A DNA stretch of 64,000 nt, from NCBI RefSeq assembly GCF_009914755.1, contig NC_060945.1; one strand, written 5' to 3'. The DNA is from the human T2T-CHM13v2.0 reference genome, Homo sapiens. The notes below the pieces were generated by a model. It made no database searches and had not been told where the DNA came from. It saw only the letters and a list, made by a program, of their open reading frames with translations. Both the position numbers and the translations under genes were made by a program. Position 1 is the first letter of the stretch, and every line of letters begins with the position of its first letter. Positions 52,122 to 64,000 of this stretch are shown here, piece after piece.

Positions 52122-52710
52122 CACAGAGAACAAACCCACAGACAACAAACCCAGAGGCAACTAACCCACAGACAACAAACCCACAGAGAACAAACCCACA
52201 GACAACAAACCCACAGACAACAAGCCCACAGACAACAAGCCCGCAGAAAACAAACCCACAGAAAACAAACCCACAGACAACAAACCCACAGAAAACAAAC
52301 CCGCAGAGAACAGACCCAGAGACAACAAACTCACAGACAACAAACCCACAGAGAACAAACCTACAGAGAACAAACCCACAGACAACAAACCCACAGACAA
52401 CAAACCCACAGAGAACAAACTCACAGAGAACAAACCCACAGACTACAAACCCACAGAGAACAAACCCGCAGACAACAAACCCAAAGAGAACAAACCCACA
52501 GACAACAAACCCACAGACAACAAATCCGCAGAAAACAAACCCGCAGACAACAAACCCACAGAGAACAAACCCACAGACAACAAACCCACAGAAAACAAAC
52601 CCACAGAAAACAAACCCGCAGAGAACAAACCCACAGACAACAAACCCACATCAACAAACCCACAACAACAAATCTACAACAACAAACCCACAGAGAGCAA
52701 GCCCACAGGG
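52122..52710. repeat. 15-bp minisatellite, consensus GA(C/G/A)AACAAACCCACA, about 39 units
   Basis: Directly visible period-15 array; source of ORFs 51854..52840, 52050..52772 and antisense ORFs. Confidence 0.97.
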
Positions 52711-53153
52711 AACCAGCCAAATTATGTCTGCTGTGCATCTCGGCAGACGATGCTGCCACCGTCTGTGTATGAGCATGTGTGTGTCAGACTTTCCCATCGT
52801 CTCCAAACTTGTTTTCAGAATAATGCTTCCAGTGAAATGAGTCGGCCACATGAGGTCACAAAGCCCCTACTCTGTTCAGCACCTGGGGTAAGTAATAATA
52901 TTTTGGAGCACTTAGTGTGGGGAGTAGCCCTGACCCCTTTACATGTCATGTCTTAGTTCATTCTTGTTGCCATCCTTGGAATTGAGGCCAACATCATCTG
53001 CCCATTTGCCAGACAAGCTGCTCAGGAGGAGAGGGCCACAGCCCCTTATCTCCTCGCCAAACAAGAGAAGATCCCCAGTTGCTTTTTTTTTCTGTGGAAG
53101 AGATTCTTTTAAAAACATTTTTTTCATGGAGAAGAAAATCTGAAAAAAAAGAA

Positions 53154-53560
53154 TGAAACCGAACCAATAGTCCCATAGACAGTTAGTTGTTGTTGTTGTT
53201 GTTTTGTTTGTTTGTTTGTTTTTGATGAATACAGAAATTGACCCTTCTGGTCTTAAAGCTTGAAAATTAAATTTGTTTTATCTGAGTTGCTTCCTCAGGA
53301 AAGGAGCCCAAGTCCTCTCCAAAAGTATCAGAGAACTGAAACTCACCAGATCATCTTGTCTAGACAATGAGACGTCAGGCCCTCCATTCATCATGACTGC
53401 TTCCTTACCCCTCCCAAGTTCCTGTTACATTTCTTCCCTGCTATATAAACCCCTAATTTTAGTGGGTCCAGAAGATGGATTTGAGACTGAGCTCCATCTC
53501 CTGGGCAGCAGCACCCAATTAAAGCCTTCTTCCCTGGCAATACTGATTGTCTCAATGATT
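53154..53560 (+). mobile_element. ERV1 solo LTR (LTR26-like), 3' end cut by an Alu
   Basis: tgaaaccgaaccaatagtcccatagacag start; TATA tatataaa ~53442; attaaa ~53518. Confidence 0.6.
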
Positions 53561-53577
53561 GCCTTCCTTCCTTCCTT

Positions 53578-53946
<369 letters not shown>

Positions 53947-54040
53947 TGAATTGTGAATACCCAGGACTTGAGCACACTCAGTTCCTGATGCACTTCCTGT
54001 TTTCTCAGCAGCTGAGCTCAGGCCTGGAACTGAGTGACAG

Positions 54041-54125
54041 CACACCCGGGCACCTGTCTCCCTGGGCACCCCTCCCCCCAGACACCCCTCCCCCGGGCAC
54101 CCATCCCCCCGGGCACCCCTCCCAC
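54041..54125. repeat. Short C-rich tandem repeat (~16-bp unit ccgggcacccctcccc, ~5 copies)
   Basis: Directly visible. Confidence 0.75.
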
Positions 54126-54839
54126 GCCTGCTTCCCACGGCATTCCCAGCTCCCACCACTGGGAAGGAGCTGGAATCATGAGTCGGGATAATCACCAAAT
54201 TCTCTTCGACCTTCCTCAGCTCCTGGTTTGTTAAGGCAAACCCCCATCTCTGGCTTCTCCTGGAACCTCACCTGGGAAAGAAAGAGGCAGCCCCGGAGCT
54301 GGAAGCTGCTTCAGGGCTCACCCGGAACAGCAGACTCAACCTGGACCCATCCAGGCATCTCCTGGGAGTTTCACCCAATTGCTTCTGCCTGGCACCAGCT
54401 CAGAGGTTCTGACAGAATTGGCCTGGGGTGAGACCTGGCATCCATGGGATTTTTACAAGCTTCCAGGTGATTCTACAGGGAAGCCAAGGTGAGAACCCCT
54501 GTCCTAGAACCAGGTCTGATCAGGGGCCGGTGGGGAACTGTGGGTGGAGAACATTAGTGCTTCCAGAGCCTCAGGGTTGGTTTTGAAAGGAACGTAACAC
54601 ATTTTTTTTTTCTCACAAAGACATATAGAGAGAGACTTTTTAAAATAGACATATATATAGAGAGATGTTTTAATAAAGAGAGGTTTGGGTTTATATAAGT
54701 AAAAAAGATGATAGAAAATAGAGAATGAGATTAGGCTTCCCCTTGCTCTCAAAAAATGGTTTGAGAGTCTTGGAACTGGTTCCACTCTATGATAGCCATG
54801 AGTACTGTTCGCCCAACTTTTGGTTCTCAGCCTTCCAGG

Positions 54840-55171
54840 CCCCGGTGGGATGAGACTTCCCTGCCCCCACGGTTGAGAGGAGCCATGGGCTTATTCTAGC
54901 CAATGAATGGTGGATGGACGTGACTCGTGTCTCTTCCAGGCTGGAGCATTTAATTGTCCAGGTGAGATACTCAGGGACTCGTCCCTCCAGAGCTGAGAAT
55001 GGCCATGTTTCCAGAGGGTCTGCAGGAGCAACCTGAGTCTCAGAGCACAGCCACCAGCAGACCTGCTGCACGCATGTGGCGGGGGAAAGAAAGAAAGCCA
55101 GCTGTCTGCAGCCACTGAGAGTTTGGGGTGGTTGTTTCTCATGACAAAACCAGCTCACCCTGACTTATACA
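54840..55171 (+). mobile_element. Old ERVL/MaLR LTR remnant
   Basis: 3' end agccactgagagtttggggtggttgtttc...ctgacttataca. Confidence 0.55.
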
Positions 55172-57887
55172 AAGTCTTTGAGTTATATAGATGGAGAATG
55201 AGGCTCTTGGGTCCCTCTATTCTCACAAAGCAATAGCCTAGCTAAATCCATCTAACTAGGGAGCAGAAAAGGGGATGTGCTGGCTTGCACACCCTAGACA
55301 GTTGTTCAAGAAGTCAGGACACCAGGCCTGGAGTGATACTTCAGCCATCCTTCTAGGTGAGGGTCTTGAGGCCACACAGACAGAAGTGGCAGAGATGGGA
55401 CACACATTCGTCTTCTCACTCACAGTCTGGCACTGAGCTGTGGGCTGCTGGGACACCATGCCCCCATACGAGTAGCCTTCCCACTCCTTACCTTGAAGGA
55501 AAAGTGTTTTTTGGACAAATACCTGATGGAAACATTACATGGGCCTTGGAATCTGTTAGATCTAGCTTCCTGAAACTCTTGCTAGCTGTGTGACAATATA
55601 CAAGTTTCTTAACCTCTCTGAGCCTCAGTGCTCTAATTACACTCCCCTCATAGAGTTTCTAAGAGCATCCTGGGGCTGGCACGTGTCAACGCACCCAGTA
55701 TTTGATAGAGTTTGTTAAACGTTGGTTATCCTCTCTCCCTATCGCACCTCAAATGGTAAGGGCTGCCTGCCAGCTTCCATATCCCCAGCAGTGCCCTGAG
55801 TTGTTCAGATGTTCATCCATCTCCCACAGAACTCAGGTTCCTTTGGAGGAAGCCACATCAAGTCCTGCTCCAAGCTTAAGCCAGTCAGCACATTCCATGC
55901 TCTGCCCCATTGCCAGGGTTCAGGAGTATGCTCGTGATCTAAGCACCCCCACTCCCAGATACAGCTCAAGATTCTTGCTTGGACTTCTGGGCACTCAGGC
56001 TCCTCCGAGAGGGAATCAAACTTACTTCTCTCCATGTCCTTTCCTCTAGGAGATGCGTCTTTCATAAAACTCTCATCAACACTGTTCAGACATGTCCCAC
56101 CCCAGCAGGGGACAGCCTGGGCTCAAGCTGGGATCCCTACTTTATTTATTTTCTGCTAATTAAACTTCCTAATATACTCCACACTAAGTGTGCTTGCAAG
56201 GCAGGGGGTGTGGGATAAGCGGCCCTGCCTGGCTGGGAGAGGGGGCAGCTCCCTGCTGTACTATGTATTAATAAAGAGACACATGCATGGCAGGGCTTGT
56301 CTGGGCCTTGGTGGCAGCTTAGGACAGAAGGCACGTGACAGTCAGGGGTTCAAACAACCCAGGGAGAACACTGCTTCAGGGAAGACAGCTCAGCATCTTC
56401 CTGGCAAAGATAATGACATTGATAATACTCTCCAAAGAATTTCAGGATTTTGAGCAATCAGAAAAGCAACACAGAAATTCATGTCATCAAAACGATATGG
56501 CTCTATTGGACACTTAAGACATTTATTGGAGGCTCAACAACATAATCCTGCTGGTTGGTTTTACTTCATTGATTTTCCGTTGTGTCTGATTACATTGCTA
56601 ATGCTGATGGTGGATGAGCTACGGCTCTTTTCCTGCCTGTCCTGAGGTTTATCCACCAATGTTTCAGTTCTGTTTTAAGATATTGTCCTAAGCCCCCAGC
56701 ATCGCATGCATGCTGTTTTTTTGTTTTGTTTTGTTTTGTTTTTTACAAAGAGTTCATAGCCCGTGGAAGACTCTCCTCCATCACACACTTAGGTTCCCTC
56801 CACACCAGGCCTGGAAGGAGTCTAGCTTCTGGGGACTGTACATATGCTGTGGACCATGCAGAACCTGGAGAGGCGGTGACCCCTTCTAGAAGTGATCTGC
56901 CTGAATCCTTCCCTCTGGAGGAGGCATTTATTAAATGCCAGGTTCCTGAAAGGCTCTGAGATGGGCACTCCCTCTCCTGAGTCGTCCCTTCCATTACTGC
57001 TTTCCTATTTCTGGCCAGGGTTCCCTGGCCCCTCCTCCCTGTTCCCATGGGACCCCAGTTCATCCCCATCTTTGCTCAATTGCCCTGCACTGTAGTAATC
57101 CATTGGCACTCTTGTCTTCTCCAGGAGAAATAGTTGGAGGAGAAGTTTATAGGGTTTCCTGGGCCAGGGCTGGTCTACAGTCACTGGACAGCAGGAAACG
57201 ACCCTTCGGGGCCTAGGAGGGCCAAGGCTGGTGGGCAGGTACAGGGGGAGCCAGCACTGCTGTCCACCACTGTGCAGCCTGGAGGCTGTTTCCCATGACC
57301 CTGCTGATGGGACCCAAGGCACCCCAGGCCACCCACTCCCCTGCCCCCAGCAGGGTGTCAGCTCCCCGGCTTCCCTGCATGCCTGCCTGACATGGACAGT
57401 GCACCTTCGGGCCACACTTGCCCTGCTAGCGAGCCTCCAGTGAACTGGGAATTCCACAGAGTGTAGAGGACTCGCCCCAGCACTGTGCTGAGAGGCTTCA
57501 CCAAACTGTAGCCTGGCTTCCACCTGCACTAAGCTGCATCCCCAGAGGCGACCCCAGCCCTGGCTGAGTCTTGGCTCAAGACTTTGCAATGCAGCCAAAT
57601 CACAAAATGCACCTCGTCCAGCCCACCCCGCTAAACCATTTTCAGTAGTTCTCCCCTCACCGTTCTGGAACTTTCCATTTCCACGTGGCCCCCACGTTCT
57701 GTTTTCATTTCTCCTTCAGTCCCTTTTTGTTCCCTTTCTGTTCTCTCTTTGAAGACCTCAGTCACCGTTTTCTGAGTTGGGGTTGAGCTTGGTCGGTACT
57801 GGAATCTCTTTCCGCTGCTGCAGGAGTCTGAAGGAATCAGTCTTGCCGCCTGTAACACATGTCCAGCGCTGCTTTTTCTCTGATGAG

Positions 57888-58245
57888 TGTCTTAGTCAGT
57901 TTGGGCTGTTAAAACAAATGGCTTAGGCAACACACGTTTCTGTCTCACAGTTCTGGAAGCTGGAAGTCTGAGATCAAGGTGTTGGCAGATTCGGTACCCG
58001 GTGAGGACCTGCTTCCTGGTTCGCGGGTAGAACACTTCTTGCTGTGTCCTCACAAGGTGCAGAGAGAGAGGGGGGTCTGGTGTCTCTTCCTGTAAGGGCA
58101 CTGATCCCATCATGGGGGCCTTACAATCGCGACCTCATCTAAACCTCCCGAAACCTCATCTAAATCTCACCTCCATACTATCACATTGGGGATTAAGGCT
58201 TTAACATGTGGATTTCAGGGGACAAAGGACAAAAGCATTCAGTCC
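57888..58245 (-). mobile_element. MLT1A-like LTR
   Basis: tgtcttagtcagtttgggctg...ctggaagtctgagatcaaggtgttggcag...cattcagtccat. Confidence 0.8.
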
Positions 58246-59063
58246 ATGGCACATGCTCAGTGCCTCGACTCTTGCAAGTGCCACACCACAGCCTCTCTGG
58301 GGCTGTGTCCTGGAGGCGTGTGCCATGGGCCCTGTGTGCCATGGGCAAGGCGCACAGCAACCTCCCGGCCACCCCACCAGCGAGTGAGCTCCTGGCACCC
58401 TGGCTCTCTCTGGTCACCCATCTACCAGTCTTGGTGCTCCTGTGCACTAGAGGACCAGCTGCCTGGGGACTGTGGGCCAACTGTGGCCCCGGCCACCCAC
58501 GAACTTCCCCTCCGGCCAGTGGCTGCAATCACATCTTCTCTAAAGACGTCTGAAGCCCAGCCTTGGGGAGCCGAGTTGGTCCTTCCCTGGGTACTGAGCC
58601 CTAGGGAACCCTTGAGAGTTCTCTTTGTATCTTTGTAGTTTCTTCCTCACCACTTAATCATTTCCTTACAGGAAACTTCCTGTGTTCAAGTGACTGTATG
58701 GTTTCTGCCTCCAGCTTCATTTGTGGGTGCCATAAGAGAGGCAAGCATGGAGCACTAGGCGCAGGGGATGGGCAACTGGCAAGCGGGGAGATGCATGCAG
58801 CGCACTTAGTGCCTGGTACATACCAAGTCCTTTTAGTCTGGATTTCATTATTTTTAAATGGGTATTGCTATTTTTAAAAGAATAGTTACAAATATTTATT
58901 GTGTGTTTTGAAATAAGTGGGTCAAGATCAATAAGATATTGTTGATCAATTGATCAATAAGATATCTTTTATTCTTAAAAATCATATTCTTCTGGTTCAG
59001 TGGGGAAGAGACTGCCGACCTGTATTTACAGCATTATGTGATAAGTGTTCTCCTTTTCAGGTA

Positions 59064-59418
59064 TGTATTAGTCTGTTCTCATGCTGTCAATAAAGACATA
59101 CCTGAGACTGGGTAATTTATAAAGGAAAGATGCTTAATTGACTCACAATTCCTCATGGCTGAGGAGGCCTCAGGAAACTTACAATCATGGCAGAAAAGGA
59201 AGCAAGCATATCCTTCTTCGCATGATGGCAGGAAGGAGAAATACAGAGCAAAGTGGGGAAAGCCCCTTATAAAACCATCAGATCTTGTGAGAACGCAATC
59301 ACTATCAAGAGAACAGCATGGAGGTAATTACCCACCGGCTCCCTCCCATGACGCATGGGGATTATGGGAACTATAGTTCAAGATGAGATTTGAGTGGGGA
59401 CACAGGCAAACCATATCA
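59064..59418 (-). mobile_element. THE1 solo LTR (MaLR)
   Basis: tgtattagtctgttctcatgctg...aaaccatatca termini; TSD aggta / aggtg. Confidence 0.9.
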
Positions 59419-60087
59419 AGGTGACTCCTGCAAGCACCTACCTCCACCCCTCCTTCATCCTTGCCCTCATTCTACAATGATTTGGTGAAATCTGGTCCCT
59501 GCCTCAGTTTTACAGCCTCCCCATGACTCTGGTTACTTCCTGATTAGCTTAAACGAAACCTAACTAGGTTGCCCTAGGAAAGCATTTCTGTTCCTGACAC
59601 CCCCCATCTGCCTGCTGCTTCCGTTCCACCTGTATGTGTCTGGGCACATCCCTGCATCCCTTTGCTGGCTTCTAGCCTACTCACTTCAAGCATTTATCCC
59701 ATGAGTTTCATAAAATCGTAGAAGAAAAGGGCTTGAGGCAGTGGTGGGGAAATGATAGGAAAGTCATTTCTGGATGCATTCTGCCATCCTGCAGATCCCT
59801 AAACCACCTCTCCCTCTCCATTCCCTCCCTCCAGAGAACAGCTTCTCCTTGTCTCCTGTGGAATAGTTCCGCCCACATTCATGGGCCCTTCCTGTACCAA
59901 AACTGTACAGGTCTCTCTTGCTTACCAAACACTTGGCAAACAAATGTGCCGTCCTTGGAAAAATTCTGTTGAATAAAATTTTCTCTCTTTGATCCATCCA
60001 AATGTTTTACAAAGTGCTACAGAAGCCATGGAGGAACAAGCAATTCTGCCTTAGGGATCAAGGTTTCACACAGGGGGTGATATCTGA

Positions 60088-60450
<363 letters not shown>

Positions 60451-60753
60451 TAGGAGGGGGCCTATGACTCAGCCTCAGCCAATCAGAGCGCTCCATTCCC
60501 TGGGTCACCTGCACACCTGCTCTTCCCTGATCCACTGCAGTGCCCTCACCCTGAGATCTGAAACTTGAGCAGAGGCACTAAAAGGCAGACATGGGAGCTG
60601 AGCTGTCTTTTGGGAGAATCCTAGTGAGAAGGTTCTCCAACTGGGGCCGCCAAGTAAGGGCCTCATGGCAGACTAACCCCTCTCCTTCCTAAGGCTGGGA
60701 GGAGCTGCTGTCCTTTTGATTCTGTGAGCTACCTCAGTTACCTTCCTCAAAAT

Positions 60754-60761
60754 CACACACA

Positions 60762-60813
<52 letters not shown>
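60754..60813. repeat. (CA)n microsatellite
   Basis: Directly visible, one CGCG interruption. Confidence 0.95.
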
Positions 60814-60814
<1 letters not shown>

Positions 60815-62297
60815 TTGCATGCGCTAGGTAGAGCTGTTTTCCATAATTGCCAACAGAAGACTAACTGTATTTGAAGAATGAGCTGGCATTCTTCTGCTCC
60901 GGTAGAAGTCAAGGCAATCAGTTATGAGAATCAGAGCCCACCTGTAACTCCAGAAAGAGGTGCATAAATACCAAGAATTTAGTCTCTAAAGTCTTTCTTT
61001 AAGTCCTTTTTTAAAAAATGTGATGAGTACATCACCCAGGAAAATCAAATTGTAATGCAACCGAGTCGATGCAAGTTTTATTTAGGAGATGGGTTACAAT
61101 CACCTGGGGAGGCTCTAGTTACCTTGATTTGGTCTGGTACAAACCCTAGCACCATCATCCACAGATCCCCAGAGGAAGTCATTCCTGGATGACTTCCTCA
61201 TCGATTTTAAATAATTTCCATTTCAGAGGAAGGCCTTTATCTGACCTGATCCCCTAAATATTGGGGGAAACCTACATAGGGACAAAGACAGCAGGTGTCT
61301 GCAATGTTGAGAATCAGTGTGTTCTGTCACTGTCTCTATCAGGGCTGGTGGCACATGCAAATCTCTTTCCCACTCTCCAGTTGAACACTAACGCCATGGT
61401 GCCCACACCTTCCTTATTAGTCCATGTACATGGGGTTTGTCAAGACAGTGGTTCATGGCTCTGACCCTGAGCATGTCAGATTTCAGGGGCTTTATGCAAA
61501 ATATCCATACCAGTTGGGGTCATTTCCCATCAGTATTGCTCACAATGGAGCCTACAAACCCCTAGTTCCCATCCAACACATCTCCAAGGCAGACTCTCAG
61601 ACCAGCTCCCAGAAATGAGGTGAGTTTAGATCAGGCAGCAGAGAGGTGGCCTAGGAAGGAGTCCTTGGAGCTCATGCACCTGTGTCTGGGCACCAACAGG
61701 AAGATGGTGGCTTTTGCTCTTTGGGAGATATCTTTGGAGCCAGTCTCTGACCACATGTCCAACAGGACAGGCATCCTTGGGGTTTCCATGGCAGTCTACT
61801 GACAGTCAGGGGTGAGGATTAAATGGTACAGAGTCTCACTGAGTGCTCTTTGAGAGGTCAAGCAATGAGAAGTCCTGCAAATGATTATTGAGCTGAAGTA
61901 AGAAGTGTACCGAATCTGTTTTTCCCCTATAAATATAAAAGCCTATAAATATAAAAATCTTGGTGAAAAAAAATGATCCCAGCCTCCCACACAGCACATC
62001 ACACATCTTCTCTTTTCAAATTTGACTCCAAGGCCCACTTCCTTCGGGAAATCATTTATCCAGTGGTATCATTTAGGATATTTTTGGTTGTGAGGAACAA
62101 AAGCCTAGCTCCAAAAGACTTAATAAAAGGATCTCATTGGTTCACAAACTGAAAAACTCCAGTGGTAAATGAAGGCTCTGGGTACAGTTGGTACAGGCTC
62201 TGGTCTCTGTAATTTCCTAGTTCTTCTCCCTTCTAGATGCTGGGTTTTTGCCTTCAAGTTGGCTTTCTTCATGGTGGCAAAATGGATCCAGCAATTC

Positions 62298-62956
62298 TGT
62301 CAGAGGTTTTCGAAGCAGAGTGACTCCATCTTGATTAAAGGCTGTGTAAAATGAGGATGAGACTTGCTGGACTGCATTCCAGGAGGGTAGGCATTCTTAG
62401 TCACAGGGTGAGACAGGAGGCCAGCAGGATTGATATCACAAGACACAGGTCACAAAGACCCTGCTGATAAAACAAGATGCAATAAAGAAGCCAGCCAAAA
62501 CCCACCAAAACCAAGATGGTGATTAATGTGACCTCTGGTCTTCCTCACTGCTCATTATATGGTAATTGTAATGCATTAGTGTGGTAAAAGACACTTCTAC
62601 TAACTCCATGACAGCTTACAAATGCCATGGCAATGTCCAGAAGTTACCCTATATGGTCTAAAAGGAGAACCTATATAGTCTAAAAGAACTGAGGGTTCTG
62701 AGAAATCCCTGACCCTTTCCTGGAAAATTTATGAATAATCCACTCCTTGTTTAGCATACAATCAAGAAATAACCATAGTGTACTCAGTCAAGCAGTCCCT
62801 GCTGCTGCTCTGCCTATGGAGTAGCCATTCTTTTGTTCTTTACTTTCTTAATAAACTTGCTTTCATTTTACTTTATGGACTTGCCCTCAATTCTTTCTTG
62901 TGCAAGATTCAAGAACCCTCCCTTGGGGTCTGGATCAGGATCCCATTCCCGTAACA
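62298..62956 (+). mobile_element. MER41 (B-type) ERV1 solo LTR inserted in an older MaLR remnant
   Basis: tgtcagagg...gactccatcttga start, ...ccctcccttggggtctggatcagga...gtaaca end, AATAAA, tandem GAS motifs, TSD attc / attt. Confidence 0.85.
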
Positions 62957-64000
62957 ATTTCAGGCTCAGATCGGCTTTTAACACCATCCAGAGCAAGAGA
63001 AAGCTTTTTTGTTCCAGAATTCCCCATTAAAGTTCTCCTGGTCACTCTTATTGGGTTGTTTCGCTTAGGGTCAGGTGTCCATCCTGGTCCCAAGCAATGA
63101 GGCCAGGAGATGGGATGCAACGACTGGATCAATCTAGGCCTCTTATTCCCACTTTTTAAAACACTTATTATTATTATTTTTTAAAAATTATTTTTCATTC
63201 AGCTTTTTCATTTGAAACTTATTCCAATTCTTGAACTGGGGGTAGTTTCAACTTTCCTAGAGCTGTATGGGTCCTCAAATGAAAATTCGGGGCAGCTGGA
63301 TTAGAGAAGGGGGAAATGCATGCTGCAGGGGCAACCAACAAGGGGAGATTGTGCCAATTCACTCTTCCTATCCTCAGATTCACCTAAGTTCTGACCATTC
63401 AGCCCCATTTGAATGCATTCTGTATTCCTATGACTGTGGATTACATTTTTGTCTACCTTTGTGTCTTCTGTTTTGTCCTGCCCTATAAGCATCTCAAACA
63501 TATGCATAAAGCCTATATAAACTTTATAAATAAACTAACACTTCTGTTTTCAACCTGTAGGATGATGACAATGATGATGACGACAATGATGATGGTAATG
63601 ATGTGGAAAATGTGAAAAGAGAAAGAAATACTTGGAAATATATCTCACCCTCCATAAACAAAGCTCGGGGTTTAATTCTGACCTGTATGAGTTCATGGGG
63701 TGAACTGCAGACCGCTGTCTGTGGACAGGAAAACGATATTTCATCTCTAGCCCCAGGGACATCTCCAAAAGCTGAGCTAGATGAACTTTATATAAATTGG
63801 TACAAAATATAATTTTCTCTTTGCCTGCTGAAAGCCATTTCTAGAAATTCTGTTAATCAGAATCTCCCTAAGTTAATCAGTCATCTAGACAGATCTTATT
63901 TCTTTTTTAGACAAAGAAAAGTATATAAGTAACAGGTATTGGTAAACCACTTGAGTGAAGCATATGATATCTAATGTAAGGAAATCTAAAAGTGTCCACA

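Noticed and set aside
52122-52710. Possible CRISPR-like array
   Set aside because: Contiguous tandem units with no unique spacers, no cas genes, mammalian context.
51854-52840. 328-aa ORF (longest in the window) and overlapping 240-aa ORF with mucin-like TTNPQ repeats
   Set aside because: They run through a T-poor 15-bp VNTR where stop codons are compositionally absent; several frames on both strands are open, both ORFs begin at TTG, and there is no signal peptide or domain.

Overview
Primate (apparently human) genomic DNA matching the 21q22.11 KCNE2-SMIM11-C21orf140/FAM243A locus, with dense Alu, L1, L2, MIR, MaLR, ERV1-LTR and MER5 repeats. Three protein-coding genes are supported. KCNE2 (+) has a non-coding exon 1 ending at 10200 and a CDS at 16529-16900 (123 aa). 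SMIM11 (+) has a CpG-island promoter at about 21.5 kb and a 58-aa CDS split over 25555-25566 and 31531-31695; splice signals also support a second path giving an unrelated 68-aa product. C21orf140/FAM243A (-) is a single coding exon at 46373-47128 (251 aa). Most other ORFs in the track are Alu, LTR or simple-repeat artefacts. The main observation is that the 'uncharacterised' C21orf140/FAM243A protein carries, in order, the catalytic-domain motifs of an IS630/Tc1/mariner DDE transposase. It most resembles long-spacer Sailor/DD82E-like elements, but its triad reads G/K/D and it has no DNA-binding domain, so it is a candidate domesticated, catalytically dead transposase nested antisense in a SMIM11 intron. 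Other highlights are a near-perfect ~130-bp inverted duplication with a fold-back junction in SMIM11 intron 1, a MER41B-type LTR with two intact STAT GAS motifs, a diverged ~170-200-bp duplication keeping AP-1 sites in the KCNE2 intron, and a 15-bp VNTR. Repeat subfamily names and protein-family motifs are from recalled consensus, not searches; repeat boundaries are approximate.
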